IMG/VR virus record: IMGVR_UViG_3300042484_001802
DNA length: 64,000 nt
Strand: one strand, 5' to 3'
From: a virus
Of this stretch, positions 10,470 to 23,240 are shown piece after piece. Below the pieces are notes generated by a model. It worked only from the letters and a program-made list of their open reading frames with translations, was not told where the DNA came from and ran no database searches. Position 1 is the first letter of the stretch; each line of letters begins with the position of its first letter. The translations under genes and the position numbers were made by a program.

Positions 10470-12214
10470 TGGAAAAGAGACAAATTATATTACCAGAAAA
10501 GGAATACGCTAAAGCACCAGAAAAAGATTTGGTGACTAAAATTGGTTTGAATACATCTGAAGAATTGTTAAGAGAAGGTGACAAAACAATATTATTGGAT
10601 GTTCAAGAATTATTTGGTGAGGAGAGAAACGAAAGTCCTAAGTATAAAATATATGGTAAATTAAAAATGATTTTTAGAAATCTATATTCTGGAACAACAG
10701 GATATGCAAAATTACAAAAGTCGTTATATCTAAATGGTGACGGAGCAACTGGTGCACAAAATGAAGGTTACTTACCATATGATGAATTTGCTTTTTTAAG
10801 ACGTGATTTATTGCGTGAAGTCATAACAGAGCCAGATGTAAATGCTGGAACCATGGGCACGTATAGTGGTTATGGTGTTAGCGTTACAGGAAACAATAAC
10901 CATGCGTCAATATCAACTATGGACGCACCATACCATAACTGGAATTTATATCTTAGTTATGTTTATGGTTCTGACCCCGAATACCCTATTGCGTATACAT
11001 TAACCGGCGGGGTAAAAACACCAAGTGGAAATAAAGCTAAACACGGAATACCGGCAAGAGTAACCGATAAAGGAAGTTATTATAAGTTAACAACACCAGT
11101 CCCTCACGGAATTGAACAAAAAGAATTTGTGGTTATCAATGGTACGGCACATTCAATTAAAAGTATTGGTGATGAAGTTTATGAATCTGAAAAGTATGTT
11201 ATTAATGTTGACAAAACCGAATTAAGTGGAACCACTATTAGTGGTGTGATTATGATTAAAAGATGTTTAAGTGATAACGACGTAACAGGAACAACTTGTT
11301 CGTATTATGTACATAAACATAAAACACTTACAGATAATTCAGCTTATATAATGGATAAGGCAGGATTTGAAACGCCAATATTTGAGGATGAAAAAAAATT
11401 ATTATTTGAAAATAGCGCGCAAGAAAACGATGTGTTAGTTGAGAAAAATAGAATGGAGTCAGTGATATTTGATTTTAGGGAACCATTTATTTTAACTGGT
11501 ATTACTAACAATTTAGATTTTACACCAAGCGAAGTTTACTTGTCTGTTGTTTTTAAAAATGGCTCTGGATATTTTGAATACCCACCAAAAGTGGGATATA
11601 AGTTTCACTTACATAATTCATGGGTTGATGAACACTTCAGCGGATCAACATCTAATGAAACCGGAATGTCTGGTCAAACATTTACAAGAACTCAAGGATC
11701 AGACACTTATACATTTAGTAGTGGAACAACATTACCAAAAGGCACTGTATTAATTGGTGCTTTTGTGGAATATGACCCAGTTAATTTAAAAGAAAGAATT
11801 ATTAGTGAATCTTTACATAAAATCACTAACCCAGTTTCAATATTCGACTTTAATCAAGATGATTCTGTTTATTATGTGGGTAATAGCGCACAAAATAAAA
11901 TGGGGTTATATTATCAACCACATTATAGAATTAAATTAAGACAACTTTCGCCATATATTGAAACTTCAAATACGGATAATATATATGATTTACCAGATAA
12001 CGTACAATATTTTCCAAAAGAAGGTATTTGGAAATGGAGAGACGTTTATGACCACGGATATATCGATGACGAAGGTAACGGAACAAATTTTCCATTTGTT
12101 AATGGTCAACATTATGTTATGCAAGATATTAATTTCTATATGAGAAATGAGAAGGAATATTTAAATAAAACAAATGGCATTAGAGCGTTTGGTAAAAAGA
12201 AAACTATCTGTTAA
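10469..12214 (+). CDS. Putative baseplate/tail structural protein
   Basis: 581 aa, TAATG-coupled to both neighbours in the structural operon. Confidence 0.55.
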   Translation: MEKRQIILPEKEYAKAPEKDLVTKIGLNTSEELLREGDKTILLDVQELFGEERNESPKYKIYGKLKMIFRNLYSGTTGYAKLQKSLYLNGDGATGAQNEGYLPYDEFAFLRRDLLREVITEPDVNAGTMGTYSGYGVSVTGNNNHASISTMDAPYHNWNLYLSYVYGSDPEYPIAYTLTGGVKTPSGNKAKHGIPARVTDKGSYYKLTTPVPHGIEQKEFVVINGTAHSIKSIGDEVYESEKYVINVDKTELSGTTISGVIMIKRCLSDNDVTGTTCSYYVHKHKTLTDNSAYIMDKAGFETPIFEDEKKLLFENSAQENDVLVEKNRMESVIFDFREPFILTGITNNLDFTPSEVYLSVVFKNGSGYFEYPPKVGYKFHLHNSWVDEHFSGSTSNETGMSGQTFTRTQGSDTYTFSSGTTLPKGTVLIGAFVEYDPVNLKERIISESLHKITNPVSIFDFNQDDSVYYVGNSAQNKMGLYYQPHYRIKLRQLSPYIETSNTDNIYDLPDNVQYFPKEGIWKWRDVYDHGYIDDEGNGTNFPFVNGQHYVMQDINFYMRNEKEYLNKTNGIRAFGKKKTIC

Positions 12215-12972
12215 TGAAAATTTTAAAAACAACTGATGATTTTTATTTAAACATTCCACAATCCGTTGATTTCAAAACTAATGCTGGTTGGGAAGAAAAC
12301 TTTGCTAGTTATGAAAAAGAAACGATGAAAAAAATTATCAATCAAGTTGATAACTACGAAACGACCAGATACATACATGAACCATATTTAAATTCAGGAA
12401 TCAATCAAAGCGATATTTGGTTTTACTTTTATTTTTTAGACGCTAATAATGGGTATTCAAATGGTTTAGATTATAATCTAGTTGGTATATCTCCAGAAGA
12501 GAATGCTATGTTATTAGCACATACTGTTAAGAGTTTCTTCAGAATAGAATTTTATAGCACACCAAAAAAGGAAACACAAAAATTAATATTTGCCAAAACA
12601 TTATCATTACCATTAGGTCAAAAAGTATTCTATACCTCTTTAGGTGACTATATCCATGTTCCAGTTTTTACTGGTAACAATTACAGGAATAGTGAAAACA
12701 TGTACTTCTTTTGGTTCCAAGATAATTCCGTTTATTCTGGTGACACTTTTTACATTTCAGCTAGATTTTTTAATGCTGAGGATGGTTCAATTTTAAGTTT
12801 TTCCAATAAAAATATTATTGGATCAGAATTAAATCAAGATGATGACTTGTATTATGAAGTGCAAACAGATATGACAAATCATTCATATGTTATTTATGAG
12901 TATAATGGTTCAACTGGATCTAGAAAGGGTTTAAGAACAACACCAATAAATTTTTATGAAATACCAGAATAA
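12214..12972 (+). CDS. Putative structural protein
   Basis: 252 aa, translationally coupled, aromatic/beta-rich. Confidence 0.5.
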   Translation: MKILKTTDDFYLNIPQSVDFKTNAGWEENFASYEKETMKKIINQVDNYETTRYIHEPYLNSGINQSDIWFYFYFLDANNGYSNGLDYNLVGISPEENAMLLAHTVKSFFRIEFYSTPKKETQKLIFAKTLSLPLGQKVFYTSLGDYIHVPVFTGNNYRNSENMYFFWFQDNSVYSGDTFYISARFFNAEDGSILSFSNKNIIGSELNQDDDLYYEVQTDMTNHSYVIYEYNGSTGSRKGLRTTPINFYEIPE

Positions 12973-13887
12973 ATGAATAAAAATCAATTTCAAATATTAC
13001 AAAATACCGGAAAAACGTTCAATGTACCAATATTTTTAGAGGCAGATTTGGATGAGATGGGGGTAATGGTGGAATTTGATGGTGAATTAGAACAAATAGA
13101 ACAGCTATGTAATTTTACTTATTCAGGAAATGGTAATGCGATTACAGTTTATAATACCGGAAGTACAAATAGGTTAAAAAAACTTGTTGAAGCCGAATTT
13201 ACAGTTGATTGGGGTGACGGTGCATTGTTAACCGGATTTACATTACTATCAAATACATCACACACATATACTAGTAGCGGTGAAAAAACAATAACAATAA
13301 CAATGGATAGCCCCTGGGGTGTTCAAGAGGTTGAAAAAACAATACAGGTACCTTTGGTTAGTGGGTATACCGGCACAAATGCATTAGGAACACTAACGTT
13401 TGATGTGCCATATACAAGCATTACTGGAGTTACACAAGATTACTTGAACGATTATGATTATGCTACCGGACATACGGGTACCACCACTTTCTTAGGAGTT
13501 GGTACTAGTAGAGTAGACGAATTAAAATTATATGGTTCAGGAAATTCGTACAGTGGAATTACAACCGGAACAACAACAGTTGAAGGTGAAACATACGCAT
13601 ATACAGGATACACATTAGATGGATTACAATATAAAGATTTATCTGATGGTTCTACATATATTTCTGGGAACACGGCGTCATTTCAAATAGAATCAACAAT
13701 AAACGCAATGTTAACCAGAAATGAACATTTTTTAGGGTTTATTGATGATCCTGTGATATATTCTGACATTTTTGTTGAAAGAGGAAAGCAGGGTGTTTGT
13801 GAATATAACTTAAGATTAGGTGAAGTTGACAGTTTAGGTGAGTTAGAAGTGTATGGAAATGGATTTTTTACAGTAAGAAAACAATAA
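12973..13887 (+). CDS. Structural protein with PKD-like domain
   Basis: VDWGDG....SHTYTSSGEKTITIT matches the PKD signature. Confidence 0.65.
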   Translation: MNKNQFQILQNTGKTFNVPIFLEADLDEMGVMVEFDGELEQIEQLCNFTYSGNGNAITVYNTGSTNRLKKLVEAEFTVDWGDGALLTGFTLLSNTSHTYTSSGEKTITITMDSPWGVQEVEKTIQVPLVSGYTGTNALGTLTFDVPYTSITGVTQDYLNDYDYATGHTGTTTFLGVGTSRVDELKLYGSGNSYSGITTGTTTVEGETYAYTGYTLDGLQYKDLSDGSTYISGNTASFQIESTINAMLTRNEHFLGFIDDPVIYSDIFVERGKQGVCEYNLRLGEVDSLGELEVYGNGFFTVRKQ

Positions 13888-13911
13888 AAATTATATTTAT
13901 TATTAAAACAC

Positions 13912-14817
13912 ATGGCAGTAGGATCATACGGAATAGTTAGACCAGCAGACGCATCACCAGAAGATGTTGAAATCATCTACCATTATGCGGCGACAAGGTC
14001 GACAGATTCCGCCCCAATTTTGAAAAAATTATCTGCAACAGATATTTTAACTCCAGTATATCATAATGATAGTACGGGTGCTTCAAATGGTGTTGAAGTT
14101 TTAGGTGGTATGTACAATCTAAAATTAGAATCGTCAGATTTCACAGATATTGGAATATATACATTACATATTAGACCTAAACAAATTAGAACATTAATAG
14201 CTGATTGTGGGGTTTTAGCGTCATTACCATCAGTTAGAGGTATTATTGTAGATTTAGGTAATATTGAAACAGAGGATAGAAACAAGTTCACACCTCAAGG
14301 TCTAATTGGTCACAGAATTGAATATCTAGATGCTAATCATAAAAAAGTTCCTAATTTTTACCGAATAGTGACTTCTTCATTTTATTGTGAGCCAATCACA
14401 TCTAATTTAACAAACTCGTCACAAAAAGCGATTCGTTATAGATATACTGATTCTGCTAGTAATTTAATGTTTTTGACGGTGACACCATCATCGTCTCCAG
14501 CAAACAGACCGAATACAATACCTTTTATTGGTCAGCCAAACCAAGAAATAATCATTACAAATACATACTTTAACCCAACAACAATTGAGGTTGAAATGGT
14601 TGAACATGATGCATCGACATTAGCACTTGCTCTTTATGGTAATCAAACTAAAGCAATTAATAGTGGTATATACAGCATATACAATAAAGAAAATTATATA
14701 TACAAACAATTTAATCTTTACGAAGTTAAAGACGAATTTAATGAAACATTATATGAAGTTCGTGAAGAGAGAACAACTATTGATGAATCTTTAAACTTTA
14801 ATGATATTACAGAATAA
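13912..14817 (+). CDS. Putative structural protein
   Basis: 301 aa, TATTTAT at 13894, coupled to the next gene. Confidence 0.5.
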   Translation: MAVGSYGIVRPADASPEDVEIIYHYAATRSTDSAPILKKLSATDILTPVYHNDSTGASNGVEVLGGMYNLKLESSDFTDIGIYTLHIRPKQIRTLIADCGVLASLPSVRGIIVDLGNIETEDRNKFTPQGLIGHRIEYLDANHKKVPNFYRIVTSSFYCEPITSNLTNSSQKAIRYRYTDSASNLMFLTVTPSSSPANRPNTIPFIGQPNQEIIITNTYFNPTTIEVEMVEHDASTLALALYGNQTKAINSGIYSIYNKENYIYKQFNLYEVKDEFNETLYEVREERTTIDESLNFNDITE

Positions 14818-17800
14818 TGGCAAAATATAAGGTACCAAGTCAAGCAACGAGCGGAAATCAAACATTTTCCGACAGTATTATCGGTAGTCAAATTACCGAT
14901 GGAACTAGTCAATTGACCAATACCAATTTTGCTTTAGATAAAATCATACCAGAAAAAGATTCAAAATCGTTTAAAACTGCGCCGTTTTCAGATTTTTTAA
15001 CATTAGAAGATTTAAAAATTGAAACAGAATCACCAACAACTGTTACACAGTCGACAGGTGAAAAAAGACCAATCAAATTTAACGATTCTAAAGCAGATGC
15101 CGGAAAATCATTATATGGTTCATTAAGAGAAAGATTTAGAGTTTCAACAGCTAGGATTATTAATAATTTCCCAGCAGCACTTTTAGCAGATAGTACATCA
15201 CCTGTTGGTGTTAACAAAAACACCGCTGAAAATATTGTTTACAATATAATCACAAATAGAACTACGTTTACATTACAAACATCATTAATGTATAATCCAT
15301 TAGATGTTGTTTTAGTTGAACCGACAGTTGTTGTTACTGGAGAAACAACAAATAGTATAAGAAATTTATATTCAGCATATAAAAAATATGCCGTTGATGT
15401 TAACAACACAACTTATACTGTAACAAAATATACGGAGCCAGATGTTAATAATGTTGTTGGGTTCGAAGTTATTGGTAAGCCATTTACTGGTTCAACATAT
15501 ACAAGTTCATATTTAATTCGCCCAAATAACGGCGTTGTCGAAGAGTTTTATATAGGGTTAGACGATTTAGAACAAACAATTTTAAATAGAGAAACACTAC
15601 CAATATATAAGACAACGTTTCAAATACCTAGAGATACTTCCGGCGGAACAAAAACCGAAATTATTCCAGTTGAAGTTAATTGGCCAGTATCTAAAGACGG
15701 TTGGAATATTAGAATTGTTGGTTTAGAATACCAAAACTATATTGACACTGTTAACTCAATTGCGATTGAGGTAGATGAGTACAAATCTGATTTAATAATT
15801 AGATTTCTATCATCACCACAATTATTTGAATTTGATACAGATGACCAAAAAACCAATAAAATTTTCCAATTATATGGTCAAAATTTTGATAAGGTTAAAA
15901 AATATATTGACAACATTGCATACATGCGTAATGTTAGTTATGATACCATCAATAACATACCAGATGTATTCTTAAAAAACTTAGCAAACACGTTAGGTTT
16001 TAATACAATTAATATGTTTGATGAGAAAACATTACAAGATCAAATATATAACGCTTCAATTCAAACATACGACGGGGTTTCAATAGGTAAAAACTTAGTT
16101 GAAGCAGAACTTGAATTTTATAGAAGAATTGTTGTTAACCTAGCACATATCTATAAATCTAAAGGTACTAGAAGTAGTTTAGATTTCTTTTTAAGGTTTA
16201 TAGGTGCACCACCACAAATGGTAAAAATTGATGAGTTCGTTTATAACGTTGAATCAAGTTTACCTAGTTCAACAATTGAGCAAGATATCTTTGATGTTAT
16301 GCAAGGCAACAAAGTCAATAAAACGTTAACCTTTAACACTACTGGTTACACATATGACATTGTTGAAGAAACGGCATCAACATCATTTAGTTCTAGAACC
16401 GATTTCCCTGTTGATGAAAATACTGGGTTACCAATATCACCAACAACAAATGATGAGAACGTGTTCTTTCAAATGGGTTCTGGTTGGTATGAGGAAACAT
16501 TAGACCACAGATCATATGATGTTTTAGATGAAGCTAATTCAATTACAACGGGTAGAACTAAAACATTAAAAACCAAATCTAGAGAATTCACATATGGTGA
16601 GGACTTCTACAATTATTATAGAACATTACCAGGATTAGATTACGGTTATGAATTAAGAAGTAGTATTGATAATGTTAAAGGACAAATAGTCGACGATTTA
16701 GATGCAACTAATTTAATATTAAATAGAAAAAATATAAACGTTTTCGTATCATCTTCAAAAGCAATTGATTATGATATTTGGAGAAAATCACAAAACTTAA
16801 CATTATCTTTTGGCACACTAGATGTTCAAACCGAGATTAGTTTTGCTGAGTATCTTGATAACGTATTAAAAAATCATATTAGAAATTCTCATGTAATAAA
16901 ATACAAAAAGAATTACATCGCATTAGAAGAAATCTATCGTGAATACATTTCACATTCTGGTTTTACATCATACGATTTTGTTAGTGTTTACGAATTTGTT
17001 GACAAGATGGGTCCTTATTGGCCTAACATCTTAAATCAAATTATTCCAGCAACAACTTTATGGCTAGGTGGTAACTTAACAGAGAATAATGTTTTCGGTA
17101 GACCAAAATATCAATACGTTAAACCATGTACACCAACAGAGTTTGTTGATAATTTATATCCTGAATTTGAAACAGCTATTGAAGAGGATTTAGAAACTTT
17201 AATCGGTACTGAATCAAATTTAAGAGGTTTATTAAAACTTACGGGGGTAACATACCATTTAATTGTTGACGTTGACGGGGTAGAATATACTGGAGACACT
17301 AAAGTTAATTTAACCGGTACCACACTATTTGATCAATTCACACCAAAAACTGGTTGCACTTCATTTGTGTCTGGAACATCTTATGCTCCACTTATTTGTG
17401 ACTTTAAAGAATGGATTGGTTTAGATATTTCGACCATAAAAGTTTCTTGGAAAAATGCTTTATCAGATTTAATTGACCAGATTAATACAACACACACAAG
17501 AGATAGTGCAGGATGTATAACTGATTATATACCATATAGTGCAATTACATCAGGAGCAACATGTAATGTTGATTTACCAATATTATCTCATGAGTTTTTT
17601 GTTGACACTGACGGTATTGAAAAAGTTAAATTCTTTTCACAAAAAAACGCTGATGGTGTTTGTACAAAACAAATTGATTTCTTCTTCTCTTCAGAATTTT
17701 TATATGAAGAGCCACTATGCATGCAAGTTTATGTTTCAACACCTTGCGACATATATGAAGAAGGTACCGAAGATTGTCGACTTAAAAGTGATGTTTACAT

Positions 17801-20800
17801 TACAATTAGCGGAGCCACTAGAAATCAAGACGATGTAACTTCTTGGCCGGTTAACATATTTTATGATTGCGGAGAAAATGCTGAGAATTTCAACGAGAAT
17901 ATTAGTGGTTTAGAAATTCAACAAATTATTGGTGAGCCATGTATGTTTATCATACCAGACGTTTACGAAGATGGGGATATTGATGGTAATCCAATTGAAT
18001 TATTATTTACAGACGCAGCAAACTGCGAACAAAAAATAAAAATTGAAGGTCTACAACTTAAAGTAGAGCACGATCCATATCCACTAGGATATGGTAGATC
18101 ACATACACAATTCTTTGAGTTAATTGGTACAAAAGACGCTTTAGTTTTATCAACAATGTCAGGTGTTACTTTTTGTGACAACTACACTGGTTATACAATA
18201 CAACCTAAAGTTCAATATCGTGAAACATTTAATTATGGTATTAAGCACGGGTCAATTGTTTTAAAAGCAACCGGTAGCACTGTAAACGTATCAACTAAAG
18301 CGATTGTTGATGCTGCGATTACTTCTGGTGCTTTAATTGAAACAACAATTGAAAACGTAAACATTGGTGATTATATATTATCCGCAGATTTTAATCCATG
18401 CCCATTTGCCACAACAGATTTTAGAAACGCAGCAACAAATGGATACTCATTTAGCTTTACATATAAACTAATTCAAATAACAAATAAAGATTGTTTGGGT
18501 TCGGTTAAGAAACATTTAATTAACAACCAATTTGAAGTTTTACCAACAACAGAATTAAGAATTTTGCGTGATGGTAATTTCACAAGTGCGTTTCCAGAAG
18601 ATTTATTATTAAAAGAAACACCACCAGAAGAACCTTGTTGTGATGTTAATACATCATATTATGACGGATTCGCTGGAGATATGTTATTGGACCAGCTTGG
18701 TTTCCCAATTGAAGTTGAAACTGTTGAATTGGATTATTGCTCAAGAAGCATATTCTATCACTTGAACTGGAACGGTACAGGTGATGTGGTTCTTTTTAAT
18801 GGTGACAATAACAAACAAATCTTATTATCATTCACACAAAATAAATTTGTTTCATTAAACTTTGATTTAGAACAATTATATGTAAATGGTTCTAACACAA
18901 ACTATTTCCCTAGAGAAATGGGTGTTGAGGATTGTGATAACACACCAGTTGTTGAATGTGGTGAAGTATATGTTGCACAAACAAGAACACCTACACCTAC
19001 ACCTACATTAACACCTACGGTAACACCAACAAAGACGCCAACAAGTACACCAACAAGTACGCCTACTCAAACTTTAACTAGCACACCAACTAGTACACCA
19101 ACACAAACTGTAACTAGTACACCAACTAATACGCCTACGTTAACGTTAACGTCTACACCAACGTTTACACCTACTTTAACACCAACTTTAACACCAACAA
19201 ATACACCAACGTTAACTTTAACAGCTACACAAACACCTACGGCAACAATTGATTGTGACTTTAGCATTCAATACGTTGTTAATACTCCAACACCTACACC
19301 AACACAAACCTTAACAACAACACCAACAAATACACCAACGTTAACTTTAACAGCCACACAAACACCTACGGCAACAATTGAGTGTGATTTTAGTATTCAA
19401 TATGTTGTAAATACTCCAACACCAACACCTACATCAACACAAACATTAACACCAACTAACACACCTACGTTAACACTAACGTCAACTCCAACTAATACCC
19501 CAACATTAACACCAACAGCAACTGTTGATTGTGATTTCTCAATTCAATATGTTGTTAACACACCTACGCCTACACCAACTCAAACTTTAACTCAAACTCC
19601 GACGTTAACTGAAACACCTACGAATACCCCAACATTAACGTTGACGAGTACACCTACAGAGACACCAACTCAAACACCTACGTTAACGCCTACGGCAACA
19701 ATTGAGTGTGATTTTAGTATTCAATATGTTGTAAATACTCCAACACCAACACCTACACAAACCTTAACAACAACACCTACACAAACCCCAACTAATACTC
19801 CAACGGCAACCGTTGATTGTAATTTTGATTTTGATGTAATTGTTAACACACCAACACCTACACCGACTAGCACCCCAACTAATACTCCAACGTTAACACC
19901 AACTGAAACACCAACTAGCACTCCGACCAATACTCCGACTTTAACACCGACAGAGACGCCTACATTAACACCGACAGAGACACCTACATTAACACCAACA
20001 CCGACTGTTGATTGTGATTTCGCAATTCAATATATTGTTAACACACCAACACCGACACCTACACCAACTTTAACTGAAACTCCAACAAATACACCTACGT
20101 TAACCCCAACGGCTACTGTAGATTGTGCTTTTGATTTCGATGTAATTGTTAACACACCAACACCTACACCGACTAGCACCCCAACTAATACTCCAACGTT
20201 AACGCCAACAGAGACACCGACTGAAACGCCAACTAACACACCAACGTTAACACCAACAGAGACACCAACACAGACACCTACTGAAACACCTACATTAACA
20301 CCTACACCGACTGTTGATTGTGACTTTAGTATACAATATATTGTTAATGACCCAACACCTACACCTACACCAACATTAACAGAAACACCGACTAATACAC
20401 CTACGTTAACGCCAACAGAGACACCTACTGAAACACCTACATTAACCCCAACTAATACACCTACAGTAACTGTTGATTGTACTTTTGATTTTAATGTAAT
20501 TGTTAATACCCCAACACCGACTCCAACATCTACACCAACTAATACACCTACGTTAACGCCAACAGAGACACCTACTGAAACACCAACCAATACCCCAACA
20601 TTAACACCTACTGAAACACCTACACAAACACCTACTGAAACACCTACATTAACACCAACAGCAACTGTTGATTGTGATTTCTCAATTCAATATGTTGTTA
20701 ACACACCTACGCCTACACCAACTCAAACTTTAACAACAACACCTACATTAACCCCAACTAACACACCAACAGCGACTGTTGATTGTAATTTTGATTTTGA

Positions 20801-21707
20801 TGTGATTGTTAATACCCCAACGCCTACACCAACACAAACTCCGACTAATACTCCAACATTAACACCAACAGAGACCCCGACTGAAACACCAACAAACACT
20901 CCAACATTAACACCAACTGAAACACCGACTGAAACACCAACTAATACTCCGACATTAACACCAACGGCAACTATTGATTGCGACTTTAGTATTCAATACG
21001 TTGTTAATACCGCAACACCTACACCTACACCTACACCAACATTAACACCAACAAACACACCAACACAAACATTAACAAGTACGCCTACACCAACTATTGA
21101 TTGTTTATTTGAGGCGTCATTTACCGAAACAGGCGCACCAGTTGGTGAACCAGTAACAGTAAACGCAATTTTCATTGACTTGTTAATGAATAACGCGGGG
21201 TACGATACTCATAATTTTAGATTATATCAATCAACTACTGGGGTTGCAGATTATGGTTCATATGTATCAATTTCAAACGTTGATTCAAATAGACATTTAC
21301 CAACAGAATCAACTTCAGCAACCACTTCTAATTTAATCGCTGGACAAAGTGAATCAATAAATGGTAGTACTAGATTTTATAGATTCGCAATCAATAGTGC
21401 TAAATTAAAGAGTGATTATGAAGGTGTAACAACATATACATTTGATTTATATGGAACTAGATTAACGGCAGTTGATGAAACTGTAACAGTTAAACGTTCA
21501 ATAAAATCTACTAACCTAATTGACACAGCACTTAATAACGGAGTAGATTTTAGCACATCATTATCTGAATCATATTTTACAAATGATAGTTCTAAAGTAT
21601 GCTCTGCGCAATTTACTTATGTAAAAATTGGATATTTCACATATAATGTAACAAATAACTCATTATCATATAATAATATAAGCGACACTAACTGTACACC
21701 TAGTTAA
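14817..21707 (+). CDS. Baseplate wedge protein (gp7/P2 gpI-like N-region) fused to a degenerate Hint domain and a long Thr-Pro repeat arm
   Basis: [15 protein letters not shown] and [19 protein letters not shown] resemble gpI/gp7 wedge motifs; Hint-like blocks at about aa 1141-1339; (T-x)n region from about aa 1390 to 2095. Confidence 0.7.
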   Translation: MAKYKVPSQATSGNQTFSDSIIGSQITDGTSQLTNTNFALDKIIPEKDSKSFKTAPFSDFLTLEDLKIETESPTTVTQSTGEKRPIKFNDSKADAGKSLYGSLRERFRVSTARIINNFPAALLADSTSPVGVNKNTAENIVYNIITNRTTFTLQTSLMYNPLDVVLVEPTVVVTGETTNSIRNLYSAYKKYAVDVNNTTYTVTKYTEPDVNNVVGFEVIGKPFTGSTYTSSYLIRPNNGVVEEFYIGLDDLEQTILNRETLPIYKTTFQIPRDTSGGTKTEIIPVEVNWPVSKDGWNIRIVGLEYQNYIDTVNSIAIEVDEYKSDLIIRFLSSPQLFEFDTDDQKTNKIFQLYGQNFDKVKKYIDNIAYMRNVSYDTINNIPDVFLKNLANTLGFNTINMFDEKTLQDQIYNASIQTYDGVSIGKNLVEAELEFYRRIVVNLAHIYKSKGTRSSLDFFLRFIGAPPQMVKIDEFVYNVESSLPSSTIEQDIFDVMQGNKVNKTLTFNTTGYTYDIVEETASTSFSSRTDFPVDENTGLPISPTTNDENVFFQMGSGWYEETLDHRSYDVLDEANSITTGRTKTLKTKSREFTYGEDFYNYYRTLPGLDYGYELRSSIDNVKGQIVDDLDATNLILNRKNINVFVSSSKAIDYDIWRKSQNLTLSFGTLDVQTEISFAEYLDNVLKNHIRNSHVIKYKKNYIALEEIYREYISHSGFTSYDFVSVYEFVDKMGPYWPNILNQIIPATTLWLGGNLTENNVFGRPKYQYVKPCTPTEFVDNLYPEFETAIEEDLETLIGTESNLRGLLKLTGVTYHLIVDVDGVEYTGDTKVNLTGTTLFDQFTPKTGCTSFVSGTSYAPLICDFKEWIGLDISTIKVSWKNALSDLIDQINTTHTRDSAGCITDYIPYSAITSGATCNVDLPILSHEFFVDTDGIEKVKFFSQKNADGVCTKQIDFFFSSEFLYEEPLCMQVYVSTPCDIYEEGTEDCRLKSDVYITISGATRNQDDVTSWPVNIFYDCGENAENFNENISGLEIQQIIGEPCMFIIPDVYEDGDIDGNPIELLFTDAANCEQKIKIEGLQLKVEHDPYPLGYGRSHTQFFELIGTKDALVLSTMSGVTFCDNYTGYTIQPKVQYRETFNYGIKHGSIVLKATGSTVNVSTKAIVDAAITSGALIETTIENVNIGDYILSADFNPCPFATTDFRNAATNGYSFSFTYKLIQITNKDCLGSVKKHLINNQFEVLPTTELRILRDGNFTSAFPEDLLLKETPPEEPCCDVNTSYYDGFAGDMLLDQLGFPIEVETVELDYCSRSIFYHLNWNGTGDVVLFNGDNNKQILLSFTQNKFVSLNFDLEQLYVNGSNTNYFPREMGVEDCDNTPVVECGEVYVAQTRTPTPTPTLTPTVTPTKTPTSTPTSTPTQTLTSTPTSTPTQTVTSTPTNTPTLTLTSTPTFTPTLTPTLTPTNTPTLTLTATQTPTATIDCDFSIQYVVNTPTPTPTQTLTTTPTNTPTLTLTATQTPTATIECDFSIQYVVNTPTPTPTSTQTLTPTNTPTLTLTSTPTNTPTLTPTATVDCDFSIQYVVNTPTPTPTQTLTQTPTLTETPTNTPTLTLTSTPTETPTQTPTLTPTATIECDFSIQYVVNTPTPTPTQTLTTTPTQTPTNTPTATVDCNFDFDVIVNTPTPTPTSTPTNTPTLTPTETPTSTPTNTPTLTPTETPTLTPTETPTLTPTPTVDCDFAIQYIVNTPTPTPTPTLTETPTNTPTLTPTATVDCAFDFDVIVNTPTPTPTSTPTNTPTLTPTETPTETPTNTPTLTPTETPTQTPTETPTLTPTPTVDCDFSIQYIVNDPTPTPTPTLTETPTNTPTLTPTETPTETPTLTPTNTPTVTVDCTFDFNVIVNTPTPTPTSTPTNTPTLTPTETPTETPTNTPTLTPTETPTQTPTETPTLTPTATVDCDFSIQYVVNTPTPTPTQTLTTTPTLTPTNTPTATVDCNFDFDVIVNTPTPTPTQTPTNTPTLTPTETPTETPTNTPTLTPTETPTETPTNTPTLTPTATIDCDFSIQYVVNTATPTPTPTPTLTPTNTPTQTLTSTPTPTIDCLFEASFTETGAPVGEPVTVNAIFIDLLMNNAGYDTHNFRLYQSTTGVADYGSYVSISNVDSNRHLPTESTSATTSNLIAGQSESINGSTRFYRFAINSAKLKSDYEGVTTYTFDLYGTRLTAVDETVTVKRSIKSTNLIDTALNNGVDFSTSLSESYFTNDSSKVCSAQFTYVKIGYFTYNVTNNSLSYNNISDTNCTPS
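18981..21110 (+). repeat. Coding (Thr-X)n repeat with 12 conserved plus 1 degenerate single-Cys modules
   Basis: [DE]C[DNAT]F(S/A)IQY[VI]VN or DCxFDF[DN]VIVN modules separated by variable-length TPT/TLT/TET linkers. Confidence 0.95.
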
Positions 21708-21763
21708 AAAAAAGCATTATAATAAATAAAATGAAAAAAAATATACATAAAAAATAAAAATAA

Positions 21764-23194
21764 ATGGCAAGGTATTTTGATATAAAGATAACATCAGGAA
21801 CAGCTTCTGGACCTTACACAGTTTACTACAACAGTGTGAATCCGGTTACTATTGCCACGATAACATCATCAAGTCAACCTGCAACCGGGATGACGTATAC
21901 TAGTTTAATAACTGGTAATGGTGTAAATGTGTTTGTTCCAGATGGAGTAACATCTTTAATATTAAAAAATGAAAACGTTTCTTGTGTTACCGAAGATGTG
22001 TATATGTTACCAACAGCAACACCTACGTTAACACCTACACCTACATTAACTCCTACGAATACACCAACTCAAACACAAACCTTAACAGCTACAGAAACCC
22101 CGACTGAAACACCTACGAATACCCCAACATTAACTTTAACTAGTACACCTACTAATACCCCAACTATTGATTGTAATTTTGCAATTCAATACGTTGTTAA
22201 TACTGCAACACCAACACCAACTCCGACACCTACATTAACGCCTACGAATACACCTACATTAACGTTGACAAGTACACCTACGGAAACACCGACAAACACA
22301 CCTACAAACACACCTACATTAACCGCAACTAACACACCAACGTTAACACCAACATTAACACCTACGTTAACGCCTACGGAAACACCAACAAATACACCAA
22401 CATTAACTTTAACTAGTACGCCTACTAATACCCCAACTGTTGATTGTGACTTTAGCATTCAATATGTTGTTAACACACCAACACCAACTCCGACACCAAC
22501 ACAAACATCAACAAGTACACCTACATTAACCGCGACTAATACACCAACATTAACTGCAACAAGTACACCTACATTAACTGCAACTAATACACCTACGTTA
22601 ACATCAACACCTACAAACACACCAACACAAACATCAACAAACACACCTACATTAACCGCAACAAACACTCCAACACAAACATCAACAAGTACACCTACAT
22701 TAACAGCGACAAACACACCAACATTAACATCAACACCTACTAACACACCAACGTTAACCTTAACGTCAACACCAACACCTACACCAACAACAACAGCTTA
22801 TCTAGGTTATTACAATTGTGGATACGGTTGTGAATACTACTCAACACCACCAGTTGGATGTATTGAGTGTAATCCAAATGCAACAAATGTTGTAATTAGT
22901 GCTTGTGTAATGGCCGGTGGTAATAATAGTACAACGGTACAAGTAAATTCCGATGTTTCGGTGAACACAAATGTTACCGTTGATGTGAGAATAATTGGTG
23001 ATTTAGGTACTAATACCGCACATACTATAACAATACTTAATGGTTATTCTTGTGTTAGTACTGTAAATGGGCCAGCTTTACAAAATTATGAAATAATAAC
23101 TGATGCTTGGATTATGGATGTAAACCCAGCATCAAGTGGTTCACAAAACTACATAATTGGATTAGTCGCGTTTAATAGTTGTTTTGGTTGTTAA
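21764..23194 (+). CDS. Thr-Pro-rich accessory virion protein
   Basis: About 80-aa beta-rich N-domain (GPYTVYY), (T-x)n arm with two copies of the same DCxFxIQYVVN module, Cys-rich C-terminal head. Confidence 0.65.
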   Translation: MARYFDIKITSGTASGPYTVYYNSVNPVTIATITSSSQPATGMTYTSLITGNGVNVFVPDGVTSLILKNENVSCVTEDVYMLPTATPTLTPTPTLTPTNTPTQTQTLTATETPTETPTNTPTLTLTSTPTNTPTIDCNFAIQYVVNTATPTPTPTPTLTPTNTPTLTLTSTPTETPTNTPTNTPTLTATNTPTLTPTLTPTLTPTETPTNTPTLTLTSTPTNTPTVDCDFSIQYVVNTPTPTPTPTQTSTSTPTLTATNTPTLTATSTPTLTATNTPTLTSTPTNTPTQTSTNTPTLTATNTPTQTSTSTPTLTATNTPTLTSTPTNTPTLTLTSTPTPTPTTTAYLGYYNCGYGCEYYSTPPVGCIECNPNATNVVISACVMAGGNNSTTVQVNSDVSVNTNVTVDVRIIGDLGTNTAHTITILNGYSCVSTVNGPALQNYEIITDAWIMDVNPASSGSQNYIIGLVAFNSCFGC

Positions 23195-23240
23195 ACCTTT
23201 AGAATAATTTGAAATAATAGTATATTTATAATAGACAAAT

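Noticed and set aside
437-18181. Short antisense or nested ORFs inside helicase, RNR and baseplate genes
   Set aside because: Fully nested in well-supported genes, with no motifs or promoter signals.
18237-18833. Active intein or homing element
   Set aside because: No N-terminal Cys/Ser, no TxxH, no terminal HN and no endonuclease motifs; reported only as a degenerate Hint fold.
19240-21010. CRISPR-like look: ~35-bp conserved units separated by variable spacers
   Set aside because: Units vary at synonymous positions, spacers are themselves Thr-Pro repeats of very unequal length, all in frame within one ORF, and no cas operon is present.
19067-22746. Minus-strand Val-Gly-rich ORFs
   Set aside because: Antisense shadows of ACN-CCN codon repeats, which rarely create stops on the opposite strand.
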